A stretch of 64,000 nt of DNA from Eledone cirrhosa (taxonomy: Eukaryota), in NCBI GenBank assembly GCA_964016885.1, contig OZ024740.1, forward strand, positions 187,178,001-187,242,000, written 5' to 3'. Made by a program: the position numbers and the translations under genes. The notes below the pieces were generated by a model, which worked only from the letters and a program-made list of their open reading frames with translations, was not told the DNA's origin and made no database searches. Positions 1 to 15,632 of this stretch are shown here, in pieces (positions within the stretch are counted from its first letter, which is position 1; every line of letters starts with the position of its first letter).

Positions 1-258
1 GGGGTTTGTGGTGGTGGGGCGGGGTGTATTTTGTTAGAGATGCCTACTGGCAAGGCGGGTCTTCTCTATTACTGAGTACCGCCAAAGGTCTCGGTCCAGT
101 GACATTGTCTTGGTGAGGTGTAAGTGTGTGAGGTTGGTGTTTATCAGCTCGTCCCAGGTTTTTCTGGGTCTGCCTATTCCGTGGCTACCGTCTATCTTTA
201 TTGCCCTGCACTTTGTTATACAGCTATCATCCTTCATGCGCATCACGTGACCATACCA
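1..258 (-). mobile_element. RTE-clade LINE 3' fragment (ORF C-terminus plus start of 3' UTR), runs off window edge
   Basis: Translates [13 protein letters not shown]...[11 protein letters not shown], near-identical to the copy at 57035-57958. Confidence 0.9.
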
Positions 259-383
259 ATACACATATATACATACAGGTACACATACATATATGTACGT
301 ATCAGTTTAGCGGACGCTTATTATAGCTATAATAAGCGTCCGCTAAACTGATACGTACATATATGTATGTGTACCTGTATGTA

Positions 384-394
<11 letters not shown>
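259..394. repeat. Perfect 136-bp palindrome with no spacer (centre 326/327)
   Basis: ...atcagtttagcggacgcttattatag|ctataataagcgtccgctaaactgat...; arms checked by eye. Confidence 0.95.
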
Positions 395-425
<31 letters not shown>

Positions 426-1834
426 TGCTACTGTACGTCTGTATACATATATGTATGTACATATACATACATACTTACATATATATATATATATATACAT
501 ATGCGTGTATATATATATGGGTGGATTCAATTATATTCAATAAATGATATCAGATTGAATCTGATTAAAATGTTATCTCTCAGAACAACCAGAAAAAATG
601 GTAATAACTCACGATCTCTTTTCATCTAATAAACAAGATTGATTGTTTTCCACATTCTTCATTCAAGATTTCAGTTAAACAATCAATCAACTCTATTCCT
701 TTAATGCTAATTGTTTGACTATTTCATTGACAAACACTCTTTGGAAGGGAATTTACTAAACCTTTACATTCTTAACACTATAATAATTGTCATTGCAAAT
801 TTAATTAAGATAACATCAGTTGGAGAAACTCGAGAAAGATCAAAGATATATTTCTTTTCCAAAATTAGCAAATATATTCTTTGGTTTCGAGGATTTATTC
901 AAGTCATGATTACCAATCAATATATTCAATGTTAGACAGAAACGAAACACATTTTGATAAGTACTTATAATTGGCATTGAATTCAGTAAACAATATGCAA
1001 AAATACCGACATTCAGAAGATATAATAAAGCATAGGTTTTATTATAAAGAATTATTCAGCTATTATTTCCCTATTTCCTTTTTCCTATTTCAACCATAAT
1101 CTTTTAAAAAGACACCTATTCATTTTTCCAATAATCAGCGTTTTTTGTGAGTTACATAATTCTAAGTAGAAAGTACTCCATTGTGATAAATATAATGAAC
1201 TCATAGTTAATCTTGAGTGAATACATAAATAAATATCTGGCTTTGCATTCATATCCAGTGAATTGTTAGAACCTTTTTCGATTGCTTGATGAACTAACTA
1301 TAGAAACTACTGTCAGAAATCAATTCTTACTTTTGTAATCTCTTTCCTTTCTTTATTAAGTGTTTCTTTCTTTATGAGTTAAATTGTTACAGTAGAAACT
1401 CAAGATGGTTTCTATCGAACAGTTAAATACTTAGAAATTTCATTGTGCATAAAGTCATCATTATCTTCATCCTCATCACTATTTAATGTCAGTTTTCCAT
1501 GCTTGCATGGGTTAGACAGGTTGTCACATTCTGAGGCTAGACAAGTCAGGTGAACACATTTTGCTCATAGATTACAATTTTAGCTGGGTTTTTAATGGCT
1601 AAATGCCCTTCTTAATACCAACAACTTCATAGTATGTACAGGGTGCTTTTTTCCTGGCACTGTCTCTACCAACAAACAAGGTGAATCAGATTATTTGGCT
1701 ATGGCATCAATATGACCACCTTACAGGGTGGGTTGCTTTTTGTCATGGCATGACATGTAAAACTAAATTTCAATAACCATTTTATTATTAGATATTGGTG
1801 GATATTATTAGATAGGTGGATATTATTAGATATT

Positions 1835-2003
1835 GGAGGGTCGGATGCCAAACTTTGACGCATGGAGTTACGGCCCTTGCCATTCTGGGTTCAAATCCCG
1901 CCGAGGTTAACTTTACCTTTCATCCTTACGTGGTCGATAAAATAAAGTACCAGTAATGTACTGGGTAATTGCTGGCCTTGTGCCAAAAGTAGAAACAATT
2001 ATT
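1835..2003 (+). mobile_element. tRNA-derived SINE (Meta/MESC-domain type), 5'-damaged
   Basis: B-box ggttcaaatccc, then gaggttaactttacctttcatccttacgtggtcgataaaataaagtacc; same family as 33250-33435. Confidence 0.8.
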
Positions 2004-3612
2004 AGATTCTACTGAAGTTGCAACAGTGTGAGGTTCTCTAGTATACATCTTTGAATTTGTCTTTTGGTCATTCATGTATTTCTACATTAGCTTGACTTCC
2101 TAAATTAAGTATTAAGACTTATGTCCTTACTAACACCAAGAGTTTCTATTTAAAGGTCTGACTTTGGGCAATATTCCTGCAACATAAACTTTAAGAACCG
2201 AAAAAATGAATAATATTTGTAATAGTGTTTTGACTTAGAGGTCCTAACATCCTACCTACTTAGCCATAGTATATAAACTAGTTAAAATTTTCTTTCCCTC
2301 AAGAGGTTAGAAATATTAAATTTCATTCATGAATAATTATCAGCAGACATATTGACTACTACAGTCACATGAATAACATGAATAACATTCCAGATAAATT
2401 TACAATAAGTACCATATCACTTAATTGTCAAAATTAATATATCTGACAGCCGAAATGAATGCTGTTCAATATTCCTGATAATAAGTTTTCTTCCAATATA
2501 CACCATGCTTCGTCGTTATCATTACTAAAATATTCCAAATGAGTTGGCCTTGTGCAAAAAGCCATGTAATTATGTTTCAGATTACAGATTGCCTTCATCA
2601 TGTAATTTGTATAACGGACACTTAAGAGGTGAATGAATATATATTAACCAAAATATTACTGATATACTGCAGCTGCTATACATGGAGGTAGTTTCGAAGA
2701 AAATTTGGTCAATGACAGTAGTGTAAGGAATTTTACAATAGTGTTTATTCTTGTTTCGTATGTCAGCATCAATACATGTTAGATTTGCATTCACCTATTT
2801 TATTTTGTTTGTTAGAACCCCTGTTCTTATTCATCATGCAATAATACTAGCAGAAAAAAAAATGTTCCCTATGTATTATGCAAACACTGTGTAGATAAAC
2901 ATGTTATGTATGAATGTTATTTTATCAATTAACCGTACAGAGGAAACATTTTTGGTGATCAATCAGCATGCCATTGGTATCAGCTGTTAGTTCTTATCTT
3001 AAAATATTATTTGCAATTTTCAGTTAATTTTATAACATAGTTTGTTATTATTATCATTATTTTGCCACCAAAATATCAAAGACGTGTTGTTAGTATATGT
3101 TGTGAAATAGATTAAAATCTTTTCCTTTCTATAAGAATTGGGACACACCTGCAACTATTTTAATATCCTTTCCAACATATTCAATGAAAATACATATAAG
3201 CACAATCAATATATACATATATATGTTTATGGGCGTGTGTGTGTGTTCTATTATTGCAAAGGTTTCACCCTTTTGGCTATATTATATATTATTTCCAAAT
3301 CAAAAAAATGCAATATTAATATATTTTTGATAATTTATTTCTAAAATTTATCTAATAAATAGAGGTCTCTGTATGTTGTTGATGAATTCTATAAAGAAAT
3401 GCTACCTTCAAGTTCTGCATGTATTTCCAAGAGGCATGATATGATTATATATACACACATATTCATGTATAAATATATACATATACACATATATGTATGT
3501 GTATATATGTATAGGTATACATACACTCAGAGACACATACACATGTATACACAACACAGCATATATGTGATAATCTGAAGTTCTTAATGTATTTATATGG
3601 CAGTTTTTTTCA

Positions 3613-3750
3613 TTTCAAACCTCGTTGCAAAATGTTCGCAATATAAATATTTTTTATATCTTTCTGTGGGCAGAAAAATATTTTCCTGCTCACAGAGGGA
3701 TATAAAAACACTCATTTATATTTTCTTGGCAGTTAGCAGCAAGGTTTAAA
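3613..3750. repeat. Imperfect hairpin, MITE-like palindrome
   Basis: ttttatatctttctgtgggcagaaaa / ttttcctgctcacagagggatataaaa core; outer aaacctcgttgc / gcagcaaggttt. Confidence 0.6.
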
Positions 3751-3788
3751 ATATAAAGTATATAGGTATATCAAGGTTATATATATAT

Positions 3789-4420
3789 ATTAGCAGTGGT
3801 ACCCGACGTTGCACGGGATAAGGTATTTTGGAACGCGGGCCGCCAACAGACCTAATATGTAAAGAAAATAAACCGAATACTCTAATGGCTGGATAATCTT
3901 TAGGATTTTCCTCGATGAAGCAGGAAAAATGCAGGTTTTCACCTAGTCTATCATAAAATAAATTGTTTTTATGTGCATAATATGACTTGAAATTTCGGGA
4001 AAATCAGCTAGACGTAACGCCTCCAAAAAGCCCTAAAAAGCTGAAAAAATGAAGTTTTTCACCTAACGCGGGCCCTAGGCCACAAAAAACTTGGATTTTC
4101 TTTGCTCACGGTATGAAGAAGAGACTGACTAATACATAGTTAACATTTCAAGGAAATCGGTCTGACATAACGCCTCCAAAAAACCCTAAAATCTTAAAAA
4201 CGCAGTTTCACACCTAATGCGTGCCCTAGGAGATCAAAAAGTTGAAGACATCTGCAGGGAAGTAAAATTGAAAAATTGAAATTCTTTTTGCTCAGAACAC
4301 TCCCTGAATCATAAGTATTACATGTGTAAAGTTTGAAAATAGTCGGTTGCGTGCTTCTCGAGTTTTAAGGATTCAAACTCACACACACACAGACAGACAT
4401 CCTCAGTTTTATATATATAT
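3789..4420 (+). mobile_element. Non-autonomous Helentron-type (HINE/DINE-like) element
   Basis: 5' tagcagtggtacccgacgttgcacggg hairpin; internal ~150-bp repeated unit (taacgcctccaaaaa..ccctaaaa twice); 3' acacacacagacagac..cagttttatatatat. Confidence 0.65.
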
Positions 4421-4519
4421 ATTTTTTTAAGGAGCAATCGACTTTTGTCAAATCGTACCGAGGAAACAGTGTTTCCGTTGGTCTTTCCAATTGCTAATAC
4501 TATCTATTGGTCGCAACTC

Positions 4520-4642
4520 CAGGTAGAAGGAGCAAGGTGAAATAAAGTGTCTTGCTCAAGGACATAACGCATCGCCTGGTCCAGGAATCGAACTCACAAC
4601 CTCACGATTGCGAAGCCAATTCTCTAACCACTCAGCCACATG
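4520..4642 (-). mobile_element. tRNA-derived SINE head plus central domain
   Basis: Reverse complement gives tggctgagtggttaga (A-box), gagttcgattcc (B-box), gtccttgagcaagacactttatttcac. Confidence 0.75.
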
Positions 4643-4722
4643 CCTTATATATATATATACACACACATATATATGCATATATATATATGTGCGTATATAT
4701 ATGTGTACATATATTTATATGC

Positions 4723-4753
<31 letters not shown>

Positions 4754-5008
4754 CATACACACACACATATATACATATATATATATATATACACATATAT
4801 ATATATGCACACACATATATATATATATATACATGCACATATATATACATATATATACACTCATATATATATATATATACATGCACATATATATACACTC
4901 ATATGTATATATATATATATATATCAAAGGCATGTATTGAGTTAGAAACTCAAAATAGTCTCTTACAATAAAATTAGCTCTAGGAAAGTGGTTTTTCCGA
5001 GCTGTATA

Positions 5009-5454
5009 ATATAACTGAACAAAAAAGAAAAACGAACACAAACATATACATATATGTGTTCAAATCGTAAGGGATCAGATTCGCTAAGGTAAAAAGAATA
5101 CTAACTATAGACAATAGGTTTGCCAGACTCAATTTAAGAATAAATCAAGAAAAATAAATACAAACCAGAATTGTAGTAACTACCAATCACCCAGACAGTT
5201 TGGATAATACTGTTTCGCAATATTAATTGTGAAGAGGAATACCAAAATTCTAGCTCATCAGTGGGCGAAGAATTATTAGTATCCTGGTCACTTCTAAGTA
5301 TAATAAAAAAATATATATAACGAAAATGGGAACAGAACTTAGTGTGTCTCACAAACTCACGCCACTAAAAATAGCAGCCGGGTTTACCGGGTTTCCGATT
5401 TGAACACATATATGTATATGTCTGTGTTCGTTTTTCTTTTCTTTTTTGTTCAGT

Positions 5455-5459
<5 letters not shown>
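5009..5459. mobile_element. Short element with ~60-bp terminal inverted repeats enclosing a hammerhead motif (probable PLE inverted pLTR derivative)
   Basis: IR 5009-5067 / 5396-5459 (1 mismatch, 5-bp indel); HHR at 5188-5267. Confidence 0.7.
5188..5267 (-). ncRNA. Type I hammerhead ribozyme motif
   Basis: cgccca-CTGATGA-gc..34 nt..gc-GAAA-cagt-attatccaa-actg-TC-tgggtg; stems I and III pair, GUC site; stem II weak beyond 2 bp. Confidence 0.7.
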
Positions 5460-5495
<36 letters not shown>

Positions 5496-5888
5496 ATATA
5501 CACATATATATATGTACATATACATATATATACATATTAGTATCTACATACATATATATAAATATTCATATCTACATACATATATATATATACATGCATA
5601 TATACATACGTATTCATAGTACATACATAATTATACATATATATAATTACACACATATTCATATATATAGCTGATTGAATATGCACTAGTGTTGTTTTTT
5701 TCCTTTCATTCTTTTTCCCACTCTTTCTCTTTTATGTCTCAATGTATCTTATGATGAAGAACTAGTCTCCAAAACGTTAAGATTCTTTTCCTATTATTTC
5801 AAGCATTAAACTAATACATTTATTCATTCTACTATGTCATTTGCTTGTTTATTTTTGTTTAGGTTTTACATATATATGTATATATATA

Positions 5889-6215
5889 TGGAGCCATATG
5901 GCTTAGTGGTTAGAGCATTGGCTTTGCAATTGAAAGGTTGTGAGTTCAATTCTCAGACCGGGTGATGTGTTGTTTCCTTGAGCAAGACTCTTTATTTCAC
6001 ATTGCTCCAGTTTACTCAGCTGTAGAAATGAGATGATAGGGATTGGGTCCCTATCATTCCACTGTAAAGTGGTGGTGGAGGTGCCACGGAAAAAAAGCAC
6101 CCAGCACTCACTTTAAATGAGGTTGGTGTTAGGAAGGGCATCCAGCTGTAGAAATCAAGCCAGTATCAGTTCCCATCCCACCCTTGCAAGCAGGGAAAAG
6201 CAGATGTAAAATGAA
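5889..6215 (+). mobile_element. tRNA-derived SINE with RTE-like 3' tail
   Basis: A-box tggcttagtggttaga, B-box gagttcaattc, tccttgagcaagac domain; tail ggttggtgttaggaagggcatccagctgtagaaa shared with the RTE 3' UTR. Confidence 0.8.
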
Positions 6216-6221
6216 AAAAAA

Positions 6222-6227
<6 letters not shown>

Positions 6228-6300
<73 letters not shown>
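6228..6300. repeat. (TG)n microsatellite
   Basis: Uninterrupted tg run. Confidence 0.95.
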
Positions 6301-6302
<2 letters not shown>

Positions 6303-6770
6303 AGATCTTTGGCAAGTATATGTTAATAACTTTGGGTAAACCCATGTTTTGTGAGGGAAATTGGTTAGACAGTCTGCATGAATACAGATCTAGTGAAGTG
6401 TAATTCTTTCTGTGTCATAGTGATAACACAAGGATTAGCTTTAGAGTTTAAATGTTAGAGTTTAATCTGTTACTTACATTATATCACAATAAGTATACAG
6501 TCCTGTGGACTGCCAAACAGGAATACTTATTGCCAAAATGGATAGAGGATCTATTTACTTTTTATATGTATATGTTTAAGTCAGGATGGATTTTGTTTGA
6601 AACTGATTAAACCATTACTCAACAGTGTACTTGAGGTAGTAGAGTATGGTTAGATTATAAAGTCAGGACCCCAACAGATAAGCTCTTACTGTTTCTATAT
6701 AATAAATTTGTATATAGAGTATTATGCAGTGTGTTAATGTATAATAAGTACACACACACATATATGTATA

Positions 6771-6861
6771 TATATGTCATCATGCTGTCATCATGTTATA
6801 TATATATGTCATCATGCTGTCATCATGTTATATATATATGTCATCAAGCTGTCATCATGTT
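6771..6861. repeat. Minisatellite, ~3 copies of tatatatgtcatcatgctgtcatcatgtta
   Basis: Seen directly. Confidence 0.8.
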
Positions 6862-9800
6862 ACAGCTATCTCAACATTTGTTTAAGAGCACTATAGTCAT
6901 CAATTCATCATCAGATCCTTAATTGCTATGAGATGGAAGAACCCTCTTCTTGTAGACTTTGTAAATAATTTATTTTTGTTTATACCTCATTTGCATAAAG
7001 TGCTGAATTGATGGGCTAGTATCAATTGACAATAGCACTAACACATCATGTTTCAGGCATGATGTGTACATTATATTTATGTATAATAAATAAACATGAT
7101 CTCATTGTGAATTATTTTATTGATGTAATGTATTACTAGTCTGACACTTAACACAGTGTACTGTGTACATTTTATCATGATACCAACACTGAGCTTGTTG
7201 TGTACTCAACTGAGTTAAGAGAATGCGCTGTAATGGGAGGTGGGCGCAGAGTGTGACAGAACAGGTACTATGGAAGTAACAATACTAACTATTAATACAT
7301 ATTTGTTGCTGAGAGAGGAGAGGGGGAATGAAAGAGAGAGAAATCAAGTGTGGAGATAAATGTAGTTAAAAGTTGCCTTGAGGAGAAGGAGTGATGGTTG
7401 TTGAGGAGGAGTATTACATCTCTTGATTGCTTCAATCACTGCATTACTAAAAATGTATTCTTTATAACATTAGTGCAAAGCCAGCAGTTTGGGGAAAGGA
7501 GAAAGTCAATTATATCGACCCCAGTGCTTAACTGGTATTTGATTTTGTCAATCCTGGAAGGAGAAAAAGCAAAGTTGACCGTGACTGGATTCTAACTGAG
7601 AACGTAGAAAATTCTAAATACCTCAAAGTATTTTGTCTGAAGCGTTACCGTTATTACCAGCTGACTGCCATATTACTAAATAATAATAATAATAATACAC
7701 TCTAACTTCACCAAAAAATAAGAATTATCAAAAGTGTTTATGCCTGATTATTTCCTTCAGGACATAACTATATCTATGTTTGTTTTTATTTACTATTTAA
7801 ATATTTTTGCTGATAAAGTAATTAAACAAAAATTCTTTTAAAATTTTTGTCATTATCTCAAAAAAGTTTTAAAAAATATTGAAGGTATATTTTTAATAGG
7901 TTCATGATTCAAAATTAATTGCTTAAAGAACAGAGTTAAAGAATAAAATAGAGAAAAAAATTATTATTTTCTTATTTGAAAATGTTTCAAATGTTAGGAA
8001 AAGTGTAATAAATACAATAATCAGGATGGTGCTTAGTTTAAATGCTATTAATAAATTAAATTTCATATATATGTGATTCAAATCTGGAGAGGAAAAAAGC
8101 AAAACAATCATGTTTTGTTGATTGCAATTTTAAATTAAAATTGGTTTCTATCACATATTACATATAATATTTATTCTACTTTTATCACATTTTCAGATCT
8201 TGTATCTTGAGAAATCACTAACTATTTATAATTTAACAAGTATGCACATGCTGATATCATGGATTGTTGTGTGTGATATGGTAAAAACAACCTGTCAAAT
8301 ATGTTTATAGGAGTTAATATTCTAATACCCCCAAAATGTGTTGTTTTATAACATTTTAAGTTCATTCCAATATTAAAAGTTCAAGTCTGTTCTAAGCCAA
8401 AGAATCATCAGGCTTACCCCCAGTTTTCTTGGCATTAAGCAACTGAGAATACATGCCTCTCCCTGGACATGACACTGATATATTCAGGTTTAACTCCCCA
8501 GGTACTGCTGGTACCCACTCTTAACTGAAAGTACAGGAGCACAACACCCAATCTGGTTCAGGGATCAAACCAACGACATTACAATTGTACATCAAACATT
8601 CTAACCATTATACCATGTGACTTCATCTTAATATGGCTGGTATTGTGAACCGGGCCGACATGTTAGAAATAGCAGATAAATCTATTTCATATTATACTTT
8701 ACTAGATTAAAAAAGGAAATATAAGATAATGGTTTCTAATTGAAGGACAAGGCCAGCAATTGGGTGCGGGATTGACCCCCAGAAGGACAAAAAGCAATGT
8801 TGACCTAGGAAGGTAAACAGCTCTAACCTCTCTGCCAATCTATAATGCAGTATGGAGTAGGTTGTTCATAAATAAGCAATGAGTTCTGATAGTATTAATT
8901 CTTTTGCTCACAGATCTGCTTGATCAGAGCCAACTTAATGCTAAAAAACAACTGTAAATAAGCCAAATTCCTAAATGATTTATAAACTTGTAAAACTGTT
9001 TAATCCCATCAACAGGGAATATTACCTGTGATATACTAGCATTCTATACAAGAGTAGATTTGTTTCTCATCTCATCTACTAAATACCATAACTCAGAGCC
9101 ATATGAAAAACAGACAATGAAGTACAATTAATGCACTGGGTTCAATTTAATCAACTTTCCTTTTCTTCCAAATTTGTTGGCCTTTTGACTAAATCAGAAA
9201 CCATTATTATTATTATTATTCCTGTTATTATCATTATCAACACTAACAGTTCATCAATTGGGTTTACTTTTTCCACAGAAATTCTCTGTGGTCACTCACT
9301 CTGCTAGAAATAGTGAGCCAATTCTCATTTAGATGCTAATAACTTGGGCTAAAATCCTGGCAACACCATCTGTTAATTCTCTTGTGCAAGCCTTCTTTTA
9401 ACTTTAGTTAGAAGTCTTGTACAGTAAAACAGTTTTCTTTTTTGTCTGCCTCAATAAGACATTGCGATTGAGATATGCTAACATACAATGCTACATGAAA
9501 ATAATTCTCTTGCATTGAAATACAATATAATTGAGTTGATGGTCAATTACAGAAAATGTCATTTACTTTGGAAAATCCGATATTGAACTAACCCTGGTAA
9601 ATAAGTCTAACTTCATAAATACACTGGTTGGTGTGAGAAAGAATATGCTTCATTTAGACATTCTATACTACCAACATTTACTGAAAGTAAATTTGAATAA
9701 TGATAAACAATAATTTCAGAGTTGTATGTGTTTGGCGGGTTGAATTGAGACTGTGTTGAAACTTAAGCAATTACAGCTTTCAATTGTCATTTTCGGCATT

Positions 9801-10344
9801 CAAAAAAACAAAAACAAAAAAATGGACAAGAGACTGTGTATACATTTATTTATTTTGTGGTATAAAGGTCATTATGGATTTCTCTACATGCAGTTGCAGT
9901 GAAACTTTATCAGTGATCAATTTGAAAACAATGCGAGAATATTTTTATACCACAAAGTAAGTGTAGTTCTTGTGTGTGTGTTTTTTAGTGGCTAAAATGA
10001 TATTTTCACATTTATTCATTTTTATTTGTATTACTTTCGTTTAATTGGGGACAGTCTTGCATATAAGAAGTGACTAAAACAGTTGGTGTGTATATATATA
10101 TATGCATATGTATATATATGTAAAAGGTAAACAGAAATAACAAAAATAACAAGACAAAAAGCACAGTACACAAAAGAAATATATTAGTTAAATGCTTGAA
10201 ATAGCAGGAAGAGAGTCATAACATTTTTGACACTAGTCCTTCATCAGAAGATAGAGTTACAAATAGAAGATAAGTAGAAAGTAAAGAGTGATATACATAC
10301 ATATGCATACATTCATATATATATATATATATACACACATATAT

Positions 10345-10436
<92 letters not shown>

Positions 10437-11865
10437 AAACCTCATGACTTTTGGATATTAGTAGTATTCTATTTCATTGAATAGAGGATGTGTATGTTGT
10501 GTAGAAAATCAAATTGAAGATAGTTTTCACAATTCAAAAAGAAAGAAACATTTAACTTCTGCAAGAAGATAATCTTGTTGAGAACAGTAGAAAAGGCTTA
10601 AGTAAAAATATGACACTGCCAGAAGAAATATAAATTGACATAGAGGAGATTCATTTTCATTACAGAGTTGTGTGCTCCAAGTAAAACTGACGAAAACACT
10701 GGAGTGATCTGAAGGATATTCAGATAACAGAACTTCAGGCCAACAATGAAAGTAGTTGTAAATAGTTTAGGTAGTTTACACTGTCATATCAAATTTAAAA
10801 TTCGATTCAACTTTAGTCTGTTATACACTACTTTAACTACAAATTATGGCCTAGGCTGATAGTTTCTCTCAGTCTCTCTCTTTTTTAATGGGCTTTAAAT
10901 TGTATGAAAGCATCAATAAAATAAATGTAAATTCAAAGTAATTCTTATTTTTAGTGAAAAGTTTTCATAATATTTTGTCAACATTCATTCATTTAGGGGG
11001 TTTTGCCTTGAAATACTTAAAGTGTTTTGAAGATGAAATTCTCATGAATGCTATAGCAAAATTATGAAGATCTATAACACTTTAGAATTTTTTTAATCAA
11101 GGGGTTTTTAAAAATCATACAAGAATCTTTCTTTTTAATTAATTGATTAATTCACAATTCATTTCAACTTGAATTTCTCAATTAGAAATATATTTGAAAA
11201 TCAACAGTGCTGTTGTTGTTTAGCCCCTGATCAACTCTGATCAAAAAGATATTGCAGCTGCCAGCATCATGTCTCTTTTGGAGCTCTCTAGATCTACATG
11301 GTATAATGCATCCATATTCTTTTCAATTGACACATTATCATTTGAGGAAATTTGACTGTTATTTCGAGCAGGTCATGCAACCATGTATAACAGTCATGGG
11401 TAAACTGCAGCCCATTTGGCTTTCTGAATGGCAGGCCTAATGAAAAGCCACATCCTATGCGACCCACTGCTTGAAAAATGTTGCCCATGCCTGATGTAGA
11501 GACTCTTTCAGTGGCTCGTTAACTAAATTATTTCTGTCCATATTTGGCAATAAAAAGAAATTTTTTAATGCCAAAATTACAATTTTAATGTTATACTTTA
11601 TTTAATCTACAAAGTAATATTTTTCTAACTTTATGAGTAAAATATAATTCCATTAAAAATACTAACACACTTCATTGTCAGACATTCTTTTTATGGTAGA
11701 TGTAACTCTTTTCAAACATTGAAAAATTATTTCCATCGGCGCATTATAAATGTGTATTGTACATTTTCTATGACTTCATAGTATAATCCCATTCAACATA
11801 CTTTTCACAAAGCAAGTATATAGATACTCTTATAGATATAAATCATATATGTAGGTCGATCTACC

Positions 11866-11900
<35 letters not shown>

Positions 11901-12382
11901 CATTATATATATATTTATGTATATATATAAAGCAATACAGATATATATTTATATATATATCATCATCAATATCATCACCATCATTTAACATCTGTTTTTC
12001 CCTGCTAACAAGGATGTATGTATGTGTATGATCGCCGCTTTATGGTGGGTAGATATGACTGACATGGAGTGTCAGTCATATCTATACAGCTTACACCTGT
12101 TTATCAATGAGACATCACAATACAACACTACAGATAAACAATACAGTAATTAGCTACACATACACACACACATATATATATATAAATATTTTTTCAACTT
12201 GCTTCACAATCATTCTCACACAACGCTTACATCTATCTGTTCTCTCCTTGTTTGAACTTTCCTAAACAAGGTCTTCTGTCCAAAATGTTGAAACCTCCTC
12301 CAGTCCTCCAAGCGGGAATCTAATATAACTGTGTGAATTTGCCCCTTGTGTTTTGTTTGTTTTATTTATTAACTATATATAT

Positions 12383-13759
<1,377 letters not shown>

Positions 13760-14744
13760 ATTTCGTATTTCTAAAGAAATAAGGTATGTTCATAAATAAA
13801 CATCTAGATAGCTATGTTTGAAGCTAAATTCTAATTCTATTCTATTATAAGTTGAGCCAACTTATAAAGCTTCATTTGCAAATGAGATTAATCAAACCAT
13901 TTACACAGGTGGAAAAACTATATATTTATATATATTATATTTATATATTCAGGTAGGTGTTGATGTACAGAATGACACATGCAAAACTTATTACTGAATT
14001 GCTGTGATTTTGTGAAAATAGATATAAAGTGCAGTTAGCAATTGTAAGCACCTCACAAATGAAAGGAGTTGGTTAGATAATCTCAAAAAATTACAATTGA
14101 AATTTTAAAGAAAATTTAATTGTCATTCATAAGAGGGAAAACTAATCTTTGCAAGCTGGCAGATGTGTTTTCCTCTTATCAAAATACTTTTTGTAATTAC
14201 ATAAATTACTATAGGACAAATCTCTTTACAACAATATTTCTACTTGTAAAAATCTATATGCCCTACTTCACTGATGAAGTAAACTAAGAACAAAGCATGT
14301 TAATAGATGGGTGTTTGCCTGCTAAAGGAGACAATATTTATTTTCCTGATTTCCTGACAAGTATGAAAACTATACTGTCTGTCAGTCTCTCGCATTCTGT
14401 TTGTGCACACGTGTGTATGTGTGTGAGTATGTGTGTGTGGAAAGGAAAAGGAGGGCCAGGTACATAGCCAAACAAACAAAAGCAAAGATTGCTATACTGA
14501 TATTATATATCATCATCATTTAACATCCATTTTACAAGCTAGCAAGATTTGGATGTGTCATTACAGACCAAGTCAAGAGTTGAATTCGATCTACTGTCTT
14601 TGGTGCATTTTATTGTGGCAGCAGCTCTAGAGTGGTTGTAATGACTTTGACACAACTGAAAAGCCCACTTAATGCTTTGTTTGGCAAGTTTTCTATGATT
14701 GGATGCCTTGCTATCACCAATGACTTTACAAAGTGTACAGGGTA

Positions 14745-14890
14745 CGAAAAGAGTTACGGCCCTTGCTATTCTGAGTTTAAATCCCGCTGAAGTTAACTTT
14801 GCCTTTCATCCTTACGGGGTCGATAAAATAAAGAACCAGTAATGTACCGGGTAATTTGCTGGCCTTGTGCCAAAAGTAGAAACAATTATA
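14745..14890 (+). mobile_element. Meta-domain SINE, 5'-truncated
   Basis: aagttaactttgcctttcatccttacggggtcgataaaataaag...ggccttgtgccaaaagtagaaacaatt. Confidence 0.8.
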
Positions 14891-15100
14891 TTATGTTACC
14901 AACAAAAAAGAAGTTACCTAATCTATTTTGATATATACAGATCCATATGTGCATGTGTATATATATATATATATATATACATACATGTGGGAGTATATAT
15001 ATATTCATACACAAACATTCATATAAACACTCACATTCAAATATCAGTAAAATGTATACCTCTATATATATATTATGATTTAATATATACAGATAATGTC

Positions 15101-15155
<55 letters not shown>

Positions 15156-15302
15156 ATATGTATACACAAACATACATCAAGACACACATCTTATTAAAAT
15201 ATCAGTAATGTATCTCTATACACATTATGTATAAATATATGCAAATAACGTGTGTGTGCAATAACGCATGTGTGTACACAAGCGAAGGCATATATATATA
15301 TA

Positions 15303-15358
<56 letters not shown>

Positions 15359-15359
15359 G

Positions 15360-15411
<52 letters not shown>

Positions 15412-15632
15412 TCGTGTGTCTCTGATTATTTGATCAGAGACACACACTGTATTTGAGGTCAAGTGATGCAATTATAAGTGATCAGCAGCCTTTAGACTCA
15501 CCTCATCAATGAAACAATTGTTAATACTGTAAATAAAACCCTTTTTGTAGAGCCAGCCATGTTATACTTCTCTCTTTCACGACATATACATATACATATA
15601 TATATATATATATACATATATACATATATACA

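Noticed and set aside
2581-2628. Possible 48-nt micro-exon (tttcag|...|gtgaat)
   Set aside because: Only splice-like dinucleotides; no recognisable protein or partner exons
5889-5960. tRNA gene candidates (A/B boxes, here and in other SINE heads)
   Set aside because: No full cloverleaf; they continue into SINE bodies
6771-6861. CRISPR-like array
   Set aside because: Plain minisatellite without unique spacers, in a eukaryotic context
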